Shown here one piece after another: positions 15,336 to 25,464 of a stretch of 32,000 bases of DNA. Below the pieces are notes generated by a model. It did no database searches. It was not told the origin of the DNA and saw only the letters and a list, made by a program, of their open reading frames with translations. The stretch is from Gemmata obscuriglobus. GTDB lineage: Bacteria > Planctomycetota > Planctomycetia > Gemmatales > Gemmataceae. The position numbers and the translations under genes were made by a program. The first letter of the stretch is position 1. Each line of letters opens with the position of its first letter. The DNA lies in contig NZ_CP042911.1 in the NCBI RefSeq assembly GCF_008065095.1, forward strand, positions 6,810,001-6,842,000, written 5' to 3'.

Positions 15336-17735
15336 TCATTCCACGAACACGAACTCGTTGGACGCGAGCAGCACGCGGCACAGCCCGCGCCACGCCCGGA
15401 GCGTCCGCGCGTCGGGTGCCAGCTTTGCGTCGGCGGCTTCGAGCGACTTCTGGAGGTAGGCCAGCACTTTCTCCACTTCCGCGGTCGTAGGGGCGCGGCC
15501 GTAGACCCGCTGGTACGCTTCGCGCACCCGGGCCGCGTCGTCGCCCGAAACGGCCAGCGCGGCCTTCGCCAGCGCCTCCGCGGTCTGGTCCGCGAGCGCC
15601 CCGTTCAGCATGAACAGCGCCTGCGTCGGGATGGTGGTCGCGACGCGCTGGCCGCTCGGGACCGACGGGTCCGGGAAGTCGAGCGTCTGGAGCACGTCGT
15701 ACACGCCGCTGCGGATCACCGGCAGGTAGACCGAGCGGCGCGGCTGCGCGAACCCGTTGTAGGCCCCGGGGGCGGTGCTGTTGATGTACTGCCGCGGGTT
15801 CGCCTTCAGCAGCGAGCCGCCCGCGGTGCGGTCCAGGAGCCCCGCCGCGGCGAGCATCCCGTCGCGCACCTCTTCGGCGTCCAGCCGCCGCCGGCTGAAG
15901 TGCGATAGCAGCTTGTTGTCCGGGTCTTTCACCGCCACCGCCGGGTCGGGCCGGGTGCTCATCCGGTAGGCGGTCGAAGTCACGATGAGCCGGTGCAGGT
16001 GCTTCACCGACCACTTCGCGCCGGTGAACTCGCTGGCGAGCCAGTCGAGCAGTTCGGGGTGCGTGGGGCGGTCGCCGAGCCGGCCAAAGTTGTCGGTGCT
16101 GCGGACGAGACCGGCGCCGAAGTGCCCGGCCCAGATGCGGTTCACCATCACGCGGGCCGTGAGCGGGTGTTCGGGGCGCGCGAGCCACTCGGCGAGTTCC
16201 AGCCGGCCGCTGCGGGCCGCCCCCAGGTCGAGCGCCTTGTCCCCGCCGAGGACGCGCGGGAACCGCCGCGGCACCTCGGCCCCGAGCGTCGTGTGGTTGC
16301 CGCGGAGGTGTACGCGGAGGTTCTCGCCCTTCGCGTCTTCCACCGCCATCGCCTCCGGGACCGCGGGCTTCGCCTTCTCCGCTGCCGCGACCTTCGCGCG
16401 GAACTGGCGGACCAGCGCCGGCCCCGCGAACCCGCCGACCGCCGTGAACCCGCCCTTCTGCGCGCCCGCAAGCTGGGCGCGGGCGGCGGCCACCGTGCGC
16501 TCGTGCTCGGTCAGCAGCGCGGTGGCTTCCGGCGACGCCAGGGACCGCTCGTTCCACGCGGCAACGACGGTGTGGTTCTTCATCGTCTTGGTCGAGTAGA
16601 ACATACCCCCGAGCGCGTAATAGTCGGCGGCCGTGATCGGGTCGAATTTGTGGTCGTGGCACCGGGCGCAGCCGAGCGTGAGCCCCATGAACGCCTGACC
16701 GAGGGTGTCGAGCTGCTCGTCGAGGATGTCCATCCGCATCTTCATCGGGTCGTCTTCGGCGAGCATCTTGGGGCCGATGACCAGGAACCCGGTGGCGGTG
16801 AGGCGGTCGGCGCGCTCGGTCTCGGACCCGCCCGGCATCAGGTCGCCGGCGATCTGCTCCTTGACGAACTGGTCGTAGGGCTTGTCCGCGTTGACGCTCC
16901 GGATCACGTAATCGCGGTAGCGCCACGCGTTCACGTAGGCGAGGTTCTCGTCCATCCCGTTGCTGTCGGCGTAGCGGGCCACGTCGAGCCACCGGCGGCC
17001 CCACTTCTCGCCGTAGGCCGGCGACGCGAGGAGCCGGTCCACCACCTTCTCGTAAGCGTCCGGGGCGCCGTCGGCGAGGAAGGCGTCGATCTCGGCCGCC
17101 GTGGGCGGGAGGCCGGTGAGGTCGAACGTGATCCGGCGCAGCAGCGTGCGCTTGTCGGTGGGCGGCGCGAACGACAGCCCTTCCCGCTCGAGCCGCGCGA
17201 GCAGGAACCGGTCGATGTCGTTCCGGATTTCGACCTTCGGGTTCCGGACCGGTGGCGCGGCGGGCCGTTCGACCGGTTGGAACGCCCAGAACGCCTTCTC
17301 TTCGGCGGTGATGACGCGCTCACCGCCCTTCGCGGGCGCCGCGGGGGCGGACGGGGAGTCGGGCCACGGCGCGCCGGCCTGCACCCACTCCTTGAGCGCC
17401 GCGATCTCGGGCGCGGGGAGCTTGTTCTTCGGCGGCATCTTCAGCTCGCCGTCGTGCGCGAGCACGCGCGTCAGCAGGCTCTCGTTCGGCTTGCCGGGCA
17501 CGAGCGACGGCCCGCTGTCGCCGCCCTGGAGCAGCGCGGCGCGCGAGTCCACGCGCAGCCCCCCCTTTTGCTTCTCGGGGCCGTGGCACGACACGCACCT
17601 CTCGACCAGCACCGGGCGCACCTTCTTCTCGAAGTGCGCGGAGTCGTCGGGCGGCGCGGCGCCTGCCGCGGCGGGCGCGAACAACAGCCCACCCCAAACC
17701 AGTAGCGCGGCCGCGGAAGTCGAAGCGGTGTGCAT
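15336..17735 (-). CDS. PSCyt / DUF1549 / DUF1553 domain protein (planctomycete cytochrome c-like N-terminus), 799 aa
   Basis: Signal peptide from ATG 17735 (MHTASTSAAALLVWGGLLFAPAAAGA). Heme-c motif CVSCHGPEKQKGGLRVDS. DUF1549-like WGRRWLDVARYADSNG. DUF1553-like CARCHDHKFDPI. It sits directly upstream of DUF1501, which is the usual pairing. Confidence 0.88.
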   Translation of the reverse strand: MHTASTSAAALLVWGGLLFAPAAAGAAPPDDSAHFEKKVRPVLVERCVSCHGPEKQKGGLRVDSRAALLQGGDSGPSLVPGKPNESLLTRVLAHDGELKMPPKNKLPAPEIAALKEWVQAGAPWPDSPSAPAAPAKGGERVITAEEKAFWAFQPVERPAAPPVRNPKVEIRNDIDRFLLARLEREGLSFAPPTDKRTLLRRITFDLTGLPPTAAEIDAFLADGAPDAYEKVVDRLLASPAYGEKWGRRWLDVARYADSNGMDENLAYVNAWRYRDYVIRSVNADKPYDQFVKEQIAGDLMPGGSETERADRLTATGFLVIGPKMLAEDDPMKMRMDILDEQLDTLGQAFMGLTLGCARCHDHKFDPITAADYYALGGMFYSTKTMKNHTVVAAWNERSLASPEATALLTEHERTVAAARAQLAGAQKGGFTAVGGFAGPALVRQFRAKVAAAEKAKPAVPEAMAVEDAKGENLRVHLRGNHTTLGAEVPRRFPRVLGGDKALDLGAARSGRLELAEWLARPEHPLTARVMVNRIWAGHFGAGLVRSTDNFGRLGDRPTHPELLDWLASEFTGAKWSVKHLHRLIVTSTAYRMSTRPDPAVAVKDPDNKLLSHFSRRRLDAEEVRDGMLAAAGLLDRTAGGSLLKANPRQYINSTAPGAYNGFAQPRRSVYLPVIRSGVYDVLQTLDFPDPSVPSGQRVATTIPTQALFMLNGALADQTAEALAKAALAVSGDDAARVREAYQRVYGRAPTTAEVEKVLAYLQKSLEAADAKLAPDARTLRAWRGLCRVLLASNEFVFVE

Positions 17736-18098
17736 GAGCGGTGTGTTGGTTCGGCGGAGAGGCTTGGTCGGCGGAACACACAGCCTAACACGTCCGGATG
17801 AACGAATCCAGAGCCCAGTTGATGTTGTGAGAACTGAGCAGAAATGGACGACGTTCGTGGTTTCGTGCCGGCCCACGCGGGCCTTGGGCTCGCGAAGACC
17901 GCTTTTGACAGGATTGACAGGAAGAACGGGATCGGGGCCGATCAGTCGGAGATCCTGTTATTCCTCAAAATCGTCCCGGGCTTCACCGAGCGTCGCCGAG
18001 ACATCCCTCTGCTCGGGCCGGCAGCGCCGCCCAGAGCAGGCCTCATTCCGCCACGCATTTTCTGGGGCTACCCAGAAACCGGAGCCGCCGACGGACCG

Positions 18099-18842
18099 TT
18101 ACGAGGTACGAGCCGTGCCCCGTCGGAGCGACAGCACCCAGGCCGAGCCCAGGTACAGCGCCGGGTACAGCAGCGACGCGCCCACCAGTACGCGCGGCGG
18201 CCCGTCGCCCCAATCGGAGGCCAGAACGGCCAAAAGCAATAGCGCCCACGGCACGCTGAGCGCCAGCAGCACCCGGTTCCCGAGCCCCGGCTGCGTCGGG
18301 TACGCGTACCGGCTCGGCACGAACGTCAGCGCCGCCAGGACCGCGATCAGTGCCACCGCCCACGTGCCCGTGACCGGCAGCGCGTACAGGTAGAACGCGA
18401 CGATGTTCCAGTACGACGGGAACCCAAGGAACGCGCCGTCCACGGTCTTGATGTCCGCCTGGCAGAACCCGTACGCGCTGGCCACCAGGGCCGCGACGAG
18501 CACCGCCCGGTAGCCCTCTGGAAGCAACCCGGCCCGGTCGATCAACACCAGCGGCAGGCACGTGTACAAGAGGAAGTCGACCAGGTCGTCCAGGCGCCGC
18601 CCGTCGAACCCCGGGACCGCCTCCCGGATGCGGACCGCGCGGGCCAGGGTGCCGTCCGTGGCGTCGACCACCACGGCCACGAGCATGAGCAGGAAACACA
18701 TCCGGTACGTGTCGGCCGTGCGGTCGGGTTGGAGCAGCAGCGCCGCGATCCATGCCGCGAGTATCAGCCCGGAGGCCGTGTACGCGTGCACCGCCCAGCC
18801 CAGGCACTTCCGCGCGGGTGAGACCGCCGATGTCGGGTTCAT
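18099..18842 (-). CDS. pcs: Phosphatidylcholine synthase (CDP-alcohol phosphatidyltransferase family)
   Basis: Motif DATDGTLARAVRIREAVPGFDGRRLDDLVD fits D-x2-DG-x2-AR...G-x3-D-x3-D. The AVHAYTASG N-terminal block and the size of about 247 aa match rhizobial Pcs. The ATG at 18842 overlaps the upstream gene's stop (ATGA). Confidence 0.8.
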   Translation of the reverse strand: MNPTSAVSPARKCLGWAVHAYTASGLILAAWIAALLLQPDRTADTYRMCFLLMLVAVVVDATDGTLARAVRIREAVPGFDGRRLDDLVDFLLYTCLPLVLIDRAGLLPEGYRAVLVAALVASAYGFCQADIKTVDGAFLGFPSYWNIVAFYLYALPVTGTWAVALIAVLAALTFVPSRYAYPTQPGLGNRVLLALSVPWALLLLAVLASDWGDGPPRVLVGASLLYPALYLGSAWVLSLRRGTARTS

Positions 18843-20314
18843 GCGCTCCTCCGCACCGTTCGGTAGACGACGGCGCCCGCGATCAACAAGGCGCCGGTGT
18901 AGAGGGCCGCGCCGTAACGCTGGTACCACTCCGGGCCGTACAACTGTTCGCGCGGCCAGCCGATGTTCACCACCAGCGCGGCCCCCCAGACGACCGCGAG
19001 CGCGTTCACCGGCGTCCCGCAGCGGCCCAGGAACGAATCGGGCGTCGGGCCGCTGCGGAGCCGCTCCACCAGCAGCGCCCCGGTCGTGAGCAGGTAGGCC
19101 AGGTTGGTCCAGACGATGCTGACGCACACCAGGGCCGTCATCAGTTGCTCGTACCCCGAGTTGAACGCCAGAAGGGCACAGCCCAGGACGCCAACAGCGG
19201 CCGCGGCGGTGTGCGGGGTTCGGTGTTCCGGATGCACGCGGCTCAGCCGCCCCGCGAACGGGGTGGCACCGTCGCGGGCCATCGCGAACAGGGTGCGGGC
19301 CGCGAGCGCGTGGACCGCCAGCGTACACACGAACACCGCGAGGGCGGCGGCGGCAACGAACACTGTCCCCAGCGCGTCACCCAGCACGCCCTTAATCAGG
19401 TACGGCAACCCGCCCGCCCCGTCAGACAGCAGCGGATCGGTGAGGTCCGGTGCGCTGGTCAGCGCACCGATCAAGAGCAGCGCGCCGAGCGCCGCCGCCG
19501 CGAGCAGGGCCTGGAGGATGGCCCGCGGCGCCCGCCGCCGCGGGTCAACCGTTTCTTCGGCCAGGCTGCCCGCCGTGTCGAACCCGTACATCACGTACGC
19601 CGCCATCACCGCGGCGGCGAGGAACGGCCCGAGGCCGCCGCCCGGGGCACTCGCCCGGGCCTCGAGCACCACGCCCGGCCCACGAACGGCGTGCCCGCAA
19701 AGCAGGGCGATGAGCGCCACCGCGGCGATCAGTTCCACCACCACGCCGGCGGCCATTACTCGCGCGAGCAGCCGCGTTCCGCGCACGTTGAGAAACGTGC
19801 TGAGCGCGATCAGCACGACGCCAAGAAGGGCGGCGTTGCGGGCCGGCGTGTCGAGCACCTGGAACCCGGGCCACAGGGCCGGGAGCATGACCTGCCAGGC
19901 CAGCGCGACGGCGGCCAGCGTCACGACCAGCGACGCCAGGTAGATCCACCCTACGAGCCAGCCCAGGGACGGTGCCCCGACCCGCCCGGCCCACGCGTAC
20001 ACCCCGCCGCAATATGGGTACCGGCGGGCCAGTTCCGCGAAGCACAGGGCCACGCACAACTGGCCCGCGAACACGACCGGCCAGGTCCAGAAGAAGGCAG
20101 GGCCGGCCTCGCGGTACCCGAGGTGGAAGTTCTGTACGATGCCGGTCAGGATCGACAGGTACGAGAAGCCGGCGGCGAAGGCGGCGAAGCCGCCCAGCCC
20201 GCGGCGAAAGAGCGGACGATACCCGGCCCGGACGAGGTCGCGGTCGTCGTCGGTCGAATCGGATTGGGACATGCGGAACGCGAGTGGCTCGTTGAGAACG
20301 CGGTAAGTCGTCAC
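18839..20314 (-). CDS. APC-superfamily amino acid/amine permease
   Basis: Polytopic membrane protein with the APC N-terminal block FAAGFSYLSILTG ... CFAELARRYPYCGGVYAWAG. GTG start at 20314; the alternative ATG is at 20272 (MSQSDS...). Confidence 0.85.
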   Translation of the reverse strand: MTTYRVLNEPLAFRMSQSDSTDDDRDLVRAGYRPLFRRGLGGFAAFAAGFSYLSILTGIVQNFHLGYREAGPAFFWTWPVVFAGQLCVALCFAELARRYPYCGGVYAWAGRVGAPSLGWLVGWIYLASLVVTLAAVALAWQVMLPALWPGFQVLDTPARNAALLGVVLIALSTFLNVRGTRLLARVMAAGVVVELIAAVALIALLCGHAVRGPGVVLEARASAPGGGLGPFLAAAVMAAYVMYGFDTAGSLAEETVDPRRRAPRAILQALLAAAALGALLLIGALTSAPDLTDPLLSDGAGGLPYLIKGVLGDALGTVFVAAAALAVFVCTLAVHALAARTLFAMARDGATPFAGRLSRVHPEHRTPHTAAAAVGVLGCALLAFNSGYEQLMTALVCVSIVWTNLAYLLTTGALLVERLRSGPTPDSFLGRCGTPVNALAVVWGAALVVNIGWPREQLYGPEWYQRYGAALYTGALLIAGAVVYRTVRRSA

Positions 20315-20776
20315 AGTGGTTTAGCGATTTCGGTCCGGAGACGGTAGCCGGGTAACCAGAGCAAATCTGTTACGCTGAACGCGCGGGCGCGTATTCGTAC
20401 GCCCCGGTTCTAAAACGGCGTCCGCGAATTCGGGGACTGATGGACCGGTTCGTGGGTCTTAGCTTTTTGCCCAACACTATCGCGGCTCGCAACGTAACAC
20501 TCCCTATAAACAAGTACATCCCGCCGTCGCTCCCGAACTCGCCGAAGCGAACGCAACCCACGCGGACTTTTGCGGCGCGTGCCCCCCAAACGCTGCGGGC
20601 AGGTTTCAATTGCCCGCCGCCAATTTTCGAGCACGACGTGTGTGCAGCGGTTGAGTGGCTGTGGAATCGGGAAGACATACACCCACGATAGTGGCCCCGC
20701 GCGTCCGCGCACGTTACCCCGTCGGTTCTTGGCCGGGCGACCTCTGGAAATCCGTGTTACCCAAATAGTCGAAGTT

Positions 20777-21934
20777 ATGAACCTTAGCTACCACACCAGC
20801 TACCCGGGCATCGACGACCTGCGCGAGGCCGCGCGGCGGCGGACCCCACGTTTCGCGTTCGAGTACCTCGACGGCGGGTGCAACGAGGACGTGAACCTGC
20901 TCAAGAACACGGACGATCTGCGGCAAGTCGAGTTGAAGCCATATTACCTGACCCGGCACGAGGCCCCGGTCCTGAAGACCGAACTGTTCGGTCACGAGTA
21001 CGACGCCCCCTTCGGGATCGCCCCGATCGGGCTCCAGGGGCTGATCTGGCCGGGCTCCCCGGAGATCCTCGCGCGGGCGGCGACCGAACACAACGTCCCG
21101 TTCATCCTCAGCACCGTCACCACCGCGAGCATCGAGCGGATCGGTGAGATCACCGGCGGCCGGTTCTGGTACCAGCTTTATCACCCGGCGGACAACGCCA
21201 TCCGCGACGACATCTTGAACCGGGCCGAGGCCGCCGGGTGCAAGACGCTGGTGCTGCTGTGCGACGTGCCGACGTTCGGCTACCGCCCGCGCGACATCCG
21301 CAACGGGCTGGCGATGCCGCCGCGCATGACCCTCCGGAACATTCTGCAAATCGTCGGCCGGCCGAACTGGGCGGTGCGGACCCTGCTGCACGGCAAGCCG
21401 CACTTCGCCACGATGGCGAAGTACATGCCCAAGGGGCTGAACATGAAGCAGCTCGGCGCATACATGAACGCGACGTTCTCGGGCCGCCTGAACGAGGCCA
21501 AAATCGCCCCGATCCGCGACCGCTGGAAGGGCAACTTGGTGCTCAAGGGGGTCGCGAGCGAGGAGGACACGGAGACCGCGGTCCGCCTCGGGCTCGACGG
21601 GATCATCGTGTCGAACCACGGCGGACGGCAGGTGGACGCGGGCGAGTCAACGATCCGGTCGCTGCTGCCGATCGCCGCGAAGTACCGCAGCAAACTCCGG
21701 GTCATGATCGACAGCGGGCTGCGAACCGGGCCGGACATCGCACGGGCTCTGGCGTGCGACGCCGATTTCACGTTCCTGGGGCGGACGTTCATGTACGCGG
21801 TCGCGGCCCTCGGCCGCGAGGGCGGCCAGCACGCGATCGCCATGCTGAAAGTGCAGTTGAAGCAGGTGATGGACCAGGTATGCTGCCACCGCGTCGCGGA
21901 CTTCCGGCGGCACCTGTTGCGAAAACCGGATTAG
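20777..21934 (+). CDS. FMN-dependent alpha-hydroxy-acid dehydrogenase/oxidase (L-lactate dehydrogenase LldD-like)
   Basis: N-terminus DLREAARRRTPRFAFEYLDGG. Catalytic region GIIVSNHGGRQVD and a later DSGLRTGPDIARALA. Start at ATG 20777 (MNLSYH); the upstream part of the track ORF is non-coding-like. Confidence 0.88.
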   Translation: MNLSYHTSYPGIDDLREAARRRTPRFAFEYLDGGCNEDVNLLKNTDDLRQVELKPYYLTRHEAPVLKTELFGHEYDAPFGIAPIGLQGLIWPGSPEILARAATEHNVPFILSTVTTASIERIGEITGGRFWYQLYHPADNAIRDDILNRAEAAGCKTLVLLCDVPTFGYRPRDIRNGLAMPPRMTLRNILQIVGRPNWAVRTLLHGKPHFATMAKYMPKGLNMKQLGAYMNATFSGRLNEAKIAPIRDRWKGNLVLKGVASEEDTETAVRLGLDGIIVSNHGGRQVDAGESTIRSLLPIAAKYRSKLRVMIDSGLRTGPDIARALACDADFTFLGRTFMYAVAALGREGGQHAIAMLKVQLKQVMDQVCCHRVADFRRHLLRKPD

Positions 21935-22185
21935 GCCCGGCTGGTCGCCCGCTCACAGGATCACCATTGTCCAGCCACCTGCTGTTCCGCAAGGCGGGCC
22001 GCAGCACCGAGCGGGGCGAACCAGAGGTGGCTTTTTCGCTTCCGCACCGACTCGGAGCCGCGCGGTCACCTGCACAAGCTCGTCGCGCAATTCGACACCG
22101 CCCGACTCGATCCGGTACTGCCGGTCGAGGCCAGGACTCCCGCGAGTACATCCGAGTGGGTGTATCTTTATGGCGTGACGAAAAT

Positions 22186-24036
22186 TCACCGGCCGTCAAG
22201 GGCGCGGTCCAGGTTGAACGCCGCCGAGATCAGGGCTAATTGAGTGAACCCCTGCGGGAAGTTCCCCAGCGCTTGCCCGCTCGTGCCGGTCTGCTCGCCG
22301 AACAGCCCCAGCGGGCTGCCGTACCCGAGCATCTGCTCGAACCGCAGTCGGGCCTCGGCCAGCCGGGCCGGGTCCGTGCGCCCGGCCCGGGTCAGCGCTT
22401 CCACCAGCCAGAAGCTGCACATGTTGAACGTCCCCTCGGCCCCGTCCAACCCGTCATGCGTGGCCCGGTAGTCGTACCGGTACACCAGCCCGTCCGCCGC
22501 CAGCCCGCCCTTCGTCGCCGGGGCACGGATCGCGTCCACCGTCGCCAACATCCGCGGGTCGTCCGGCGCCATGAAAAACGTGAGCGGCATCAGCAGCAGG
22601 GAAGCGTCCAGATTGTCCGCTCCGTAGGATTGCACGAACGATTTGCGCGTCTCGCTCCACCCCTTCGCCATCACCTGCTCGTACACCGCGTCGCGGGCGG
22701 CCAGCCACTTCGCTCGGTTCGCCGGCAGGGCCCGCTTGTCGGCCAGCCGCAGCCCGCGGTCCAGCGCCACCCAGCACATGAACCGCGAGTACACGTGGTC
22801 CTTGCGCGCCCCGCGCGTCTCCCACACGCCCTCGTCCGGCCGGTCCCAGTTATCCGCCACCCAGTCCACCAGCCCGCGCAGCGACACCCAGGCGTCGTAG
22901 CTCACCGGGCGGGCGTACTTGTTGTGCAGGTAGACCGCGTCCATCAGCTCCCCGTACACGTCGAGCTGCAACTGCCCGTGCGCCCCGTTGCCGACCCGCA
23001 CCGGCCGGGACCCCATGTACCCGTCCAGGTGCGGCAACTCGTACTCGGTCAGGTCGGACCGGCCGTCCACCGCGTACATCAGTTGGAGCGGCGCGCCGCA
23101 GTGGGACTCGTGCTCCTTCCACCGGGCCGCCAGCCAGTCCATGAACCGGGCCGCCTCGTCGGTGAACCCGATCCGCAGGAACGCGTACACGGTGAACGCG
23201 GCGTCCCGGAGCCAGCAGTACCGGTAGTCCCAGTTGCGCGTCCCGCCGATCCCTTCCGGCAGGCTGGTGGTGGGGGCCGCGACGATGGCGCCGGTGGGCT
23301 CGTAGGTGAGCAACTTGAGCGCTAGCGCCGACCGGTGTACCGCCTCCCGCCAGCGCCCCTGATAGGTACACTTCGACAGCCACCGCTGCCAGAACGCGAC
23401 CGTCTCGCGGAACCGATCCTCGGCCTCGGCGGTTCCCGGGCAGTAGCCAGACGGGGCGTCCCGCTCAATGACTCGCAGTATGAACGCGGCGCTCGCGCCC
23501 TCGTCCAGGGTGAACGTCCCGGCCGCGCCGGTGCCGTCGGGACGGAGCGGGACCGAGGACGCGAGCCCGAGCGACAGGTCGGGGGCGTCGAACCGAACCC
23601 CGTACTCGTCCACTCGGGTCTCGTGTTTCGCCCGCGCGTAATCGAACGCGGGGCGACATTCTACTGTAAACGCGAGCCGGCCGCGGACCACCCGGGCCCT
23701 GCGCACCAGTTGGTCGGCGGGCGGGGCGCCCGGGCCGACCGGCATGTAATCCTCGATCTCGGCGACCCCGTCGGGGTGCAGGAACCGGGTCACAAGGATG
23801 TTGGTGTCGGGCCAGTAGTACTGTTTGTGCCGCACGCCCTCGGCGGTCGGCGCGATGCGGAAAAAGCCCCCCTTGCGGTCGTCGAGGAGCGCCCCGAACA
23901 CGCTGGGCGAGTCGAACCGCGGGAGGCACAGCCAGTCGAGCGACCCGTCGAGCCCGACGAGCGCGGCGGTGCGCATGTTCCCGATTACCCCGTAGTTCTC
24001 GATCGGCTGGTACGGCACGGCGGCCTCCAATGACAT
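22186..24036 (-). CDS. Glycoside hydrolase family 15 protein (glucoamylase/trehalase-like)
   Basis: N-terminus [44 protein letters not shown] and catalytic-domain blocks [15 protein letters not shown] and CSFWLVEAL are typical of bacterial GH15. Confidence 0.9.
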   Translation of the reverse strand: MSLEAAVPYQPIENYGVIGNMRTAALVGLDGSLDWLCLPRFDSPSVFGALLDDRKGGFFRIAPTAEGVRHKQYYWPDTNILVTRFLHPDGVAEIEDYMPVGPGAPPADQLVRRARVVRGRLAFTVECRPAFDYARAKHETRVDEYGVRFDAPDLSLGLASSVPLRPDGTGAAGTFTLDEGASAAFILRVIERDAPSGYCPGTAEAEDRFRETVAFWQRWLSKCTYQGRWREAVHRSALALKLLTYEPTGAIVAAPTTSLPEGIGGTRNWDYRYCWLRDAAFTVYAFLRIGFTDEAARFMDWLAARWKEHESHCGAPLQLMYAVDGRSDLTEYELPHLDGYMGSRPVRVGNGAHGQLQLDVYGELMDAVYLHNKYARPVSYDAWVSLRGLVDWVADNWDRPDEGVWETRGARKDHVYSRFMCWVALDRGLRLADKRALPANRAKWLAARDAVYEQVMAKGWSETRKSFVQSYGADNLDASLLLMPLTFFMAPDDPRMLATVDAIRAPATKGGLAADGLVYRYDYRATHDGLDGAEGTFNMCSFWLVEALTRAGRTDPARLAEARLRFEQMLGYGSPLGLFGEQTGTSGQALGNFPQGFTQLALISAAFNLDRALDGR

Positions 24037-24204
24037 GTTGCAGTGCGGGGCCGTGCAGCAACTCGCGCGCCCGACGCGGGTGTTGCACCGGCGCGCTCGT
24101 GACCGTTCGCTCGAACCGCTCGCACATCCGGCGAAGCGGCCCGCTTCGCGGCGTCAGTCATCACGTGCGGCCTTCCGATCGCGTGCCCGGCGTAGAATGA
24201 CGGC

Positions 24205-24984
24205 ATGATCTTCTCCTGGCTCCGCGCCCGGCGGCGGCGTAAGCTCCTTGCGAACGCGTTCCCCGTTCGTTACGCCGCCATCATCGAACGGAACGTCGGA
24301 CACGAAGCTCTGCTCCCAGAACCTCTTCGGGCGCGGCTCCGCGACGCGACGACGATTCTCCTTTCCGAAAAGGAGTGGCTCGGGCGCGGCGGGCTGTTCG
24401 TCAGCGAAGAGATGCGGGTAACGATCGCGGCGCAGGCGGCGCTGCTGCTGCTCGGGCGCGAGCACGAGTACTTCGATTCCGTTCGCGAAGTGGTGGTGTT
24501 CCCGACCACGTTCCAAACCCCGCGGCCCGAGGACGGCTGGGAGGATGATTTCCTCTCGGACACCATTTCAAGCGGGCAGGCCGTGTACACCGGGACGGTG
24601 CTGCTCGCGTGGGACGAGGTTCAGCGCGAGGGCCGCGACCCGGCGGGCGGGTATAACGTGGTGCTGCACGAGTTCGCCCACCAGCTCGACTTCGCTGAAG
24701 GCCTCGCGGGCCGTGCCCCCCGTCTGGGCGACCGCGAACTGGAAGCGCGGTGGAAGTACGTGATGAGCGTCGCGTTCGCGGACCACCGCCGCGCGGTGAA
24801 GGCGAACGAGCCGGAACTGTTCTTCACCCCGCACGCCGCGGACGACGAGTTGGAGTTCTTCGCGGACCTCACCGAAGCGTTTTTTTGCCGCCCGTACGAC
24901 CTGCGGAACTTGTACCCCGAACTGTACCGGTTGCTCGGGGCGTACTACCGGCTCGATCCGGCCGCGTGGGCGTGGCCGGTGTAG
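24205..24984 (+). CDS. mtfA: MtfA-like zinc metallopeptidase (M90 family)
   Basis: HEFAHQLD zinc motif. The C-terminal block EFFADLTEAFFCRPYDLRNLYPELYRLLGAYYRLDP aligns by eye with E. coli MtfA. Confidence 0.82.
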   Translation: MIFSWLRARRRRKLLANAFPVRYAAIIERNVGHEALLPEPLRARLRDATTILLSEKEWLGRGGLFVSEEMRVTIAAQAALLLLGREHEYFDSVREVVVFPTTFQTPRPEDGWEDDFLSDTISSGQAVYTGTVLLAWDEVQREGRDPAGGYNVVLHEFAHQLDFAEGLAGRAPRLGDRELEARWKYVMSVAFADHRRAVKANEPELFFTPHAADDELEFFADLTEAFFCRPYDLRNLYPELYRLLGAYYRLDPAAWAWPV

Positions 24985-25022
24985 CGTCGGCCGCGGTTCG
25001 CATTTCGGAACCCGGGTCTGGG

Positions 25023-25058
25023 TATCACACCAACAACCACCGGCCTCGGTTGAAGTAC
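25023..25058. repeat. 36-nt imperfect direct-repeat copy A; a relic of an mgtE-like 3' end (encodes YFNRGRWLLV* on the minus strand)
   Basis: 31/36 identical (hand alignment) to 28938-28973, which is the real mgtE 3' end. Weaker similarity continues about 40 nt to the left (CGGCCGCGGTTC vs CGGCCGCAGTTC). No intact ORF is attached to this copy. Confidence 0.75.
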
Positions 25059-25464
25059 CGCGGCCAAAGCGGCCCCCTCCACCCCGTGCTCTCCACGTCG
25101 GGCGCCCCCATGTATCGCGTGAAAGGCGATGGGGACCGAGTGGATCGCGACCCACTCGTCCATCCAGGTGACTCGCGCGACGAACGGCGCCGGAAGTTTC
25201 AAGTTGTGTGATTGAGGAGTCGCGAACCGCATGGTGTCACAGTTCGATGGTGGTTGTTACGACTCCACTATCGGAACCCCCATGCGGTCCACGAAACCGT
25301 CACGACGCATACCAGTGCAGGTCGGACGAAACGAGCGAATCGCGCATCGGCGAATTCGTGCCGCGCCACTCACCCCGCTGCCAGAGCGTACCGCCCCCGG
25401 CGCGCGATGATTCGGCTCGCTATCATGAGCAGGAGGCACTCCGGCCTGATGCGCGAGTACACCG

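Noticed and set aside
13721-15490. Long ORFs antisense to or overlapping confident genes (e.g. 1984-2895, 5203-6666, 8057-9142, 10553-11887, 13650-14936, 13721-15490, 15286-17004, 15993-17705, 18752-20347, 22240-23325, 30370-31791)
   Set aside because: Their translations are dominated by R/P/G/A/H runs with no recognisable motifs, and each fully overlaps a gene with strong family signatures. This is the expected stop-codon-poor shadow of high-GC DNA.
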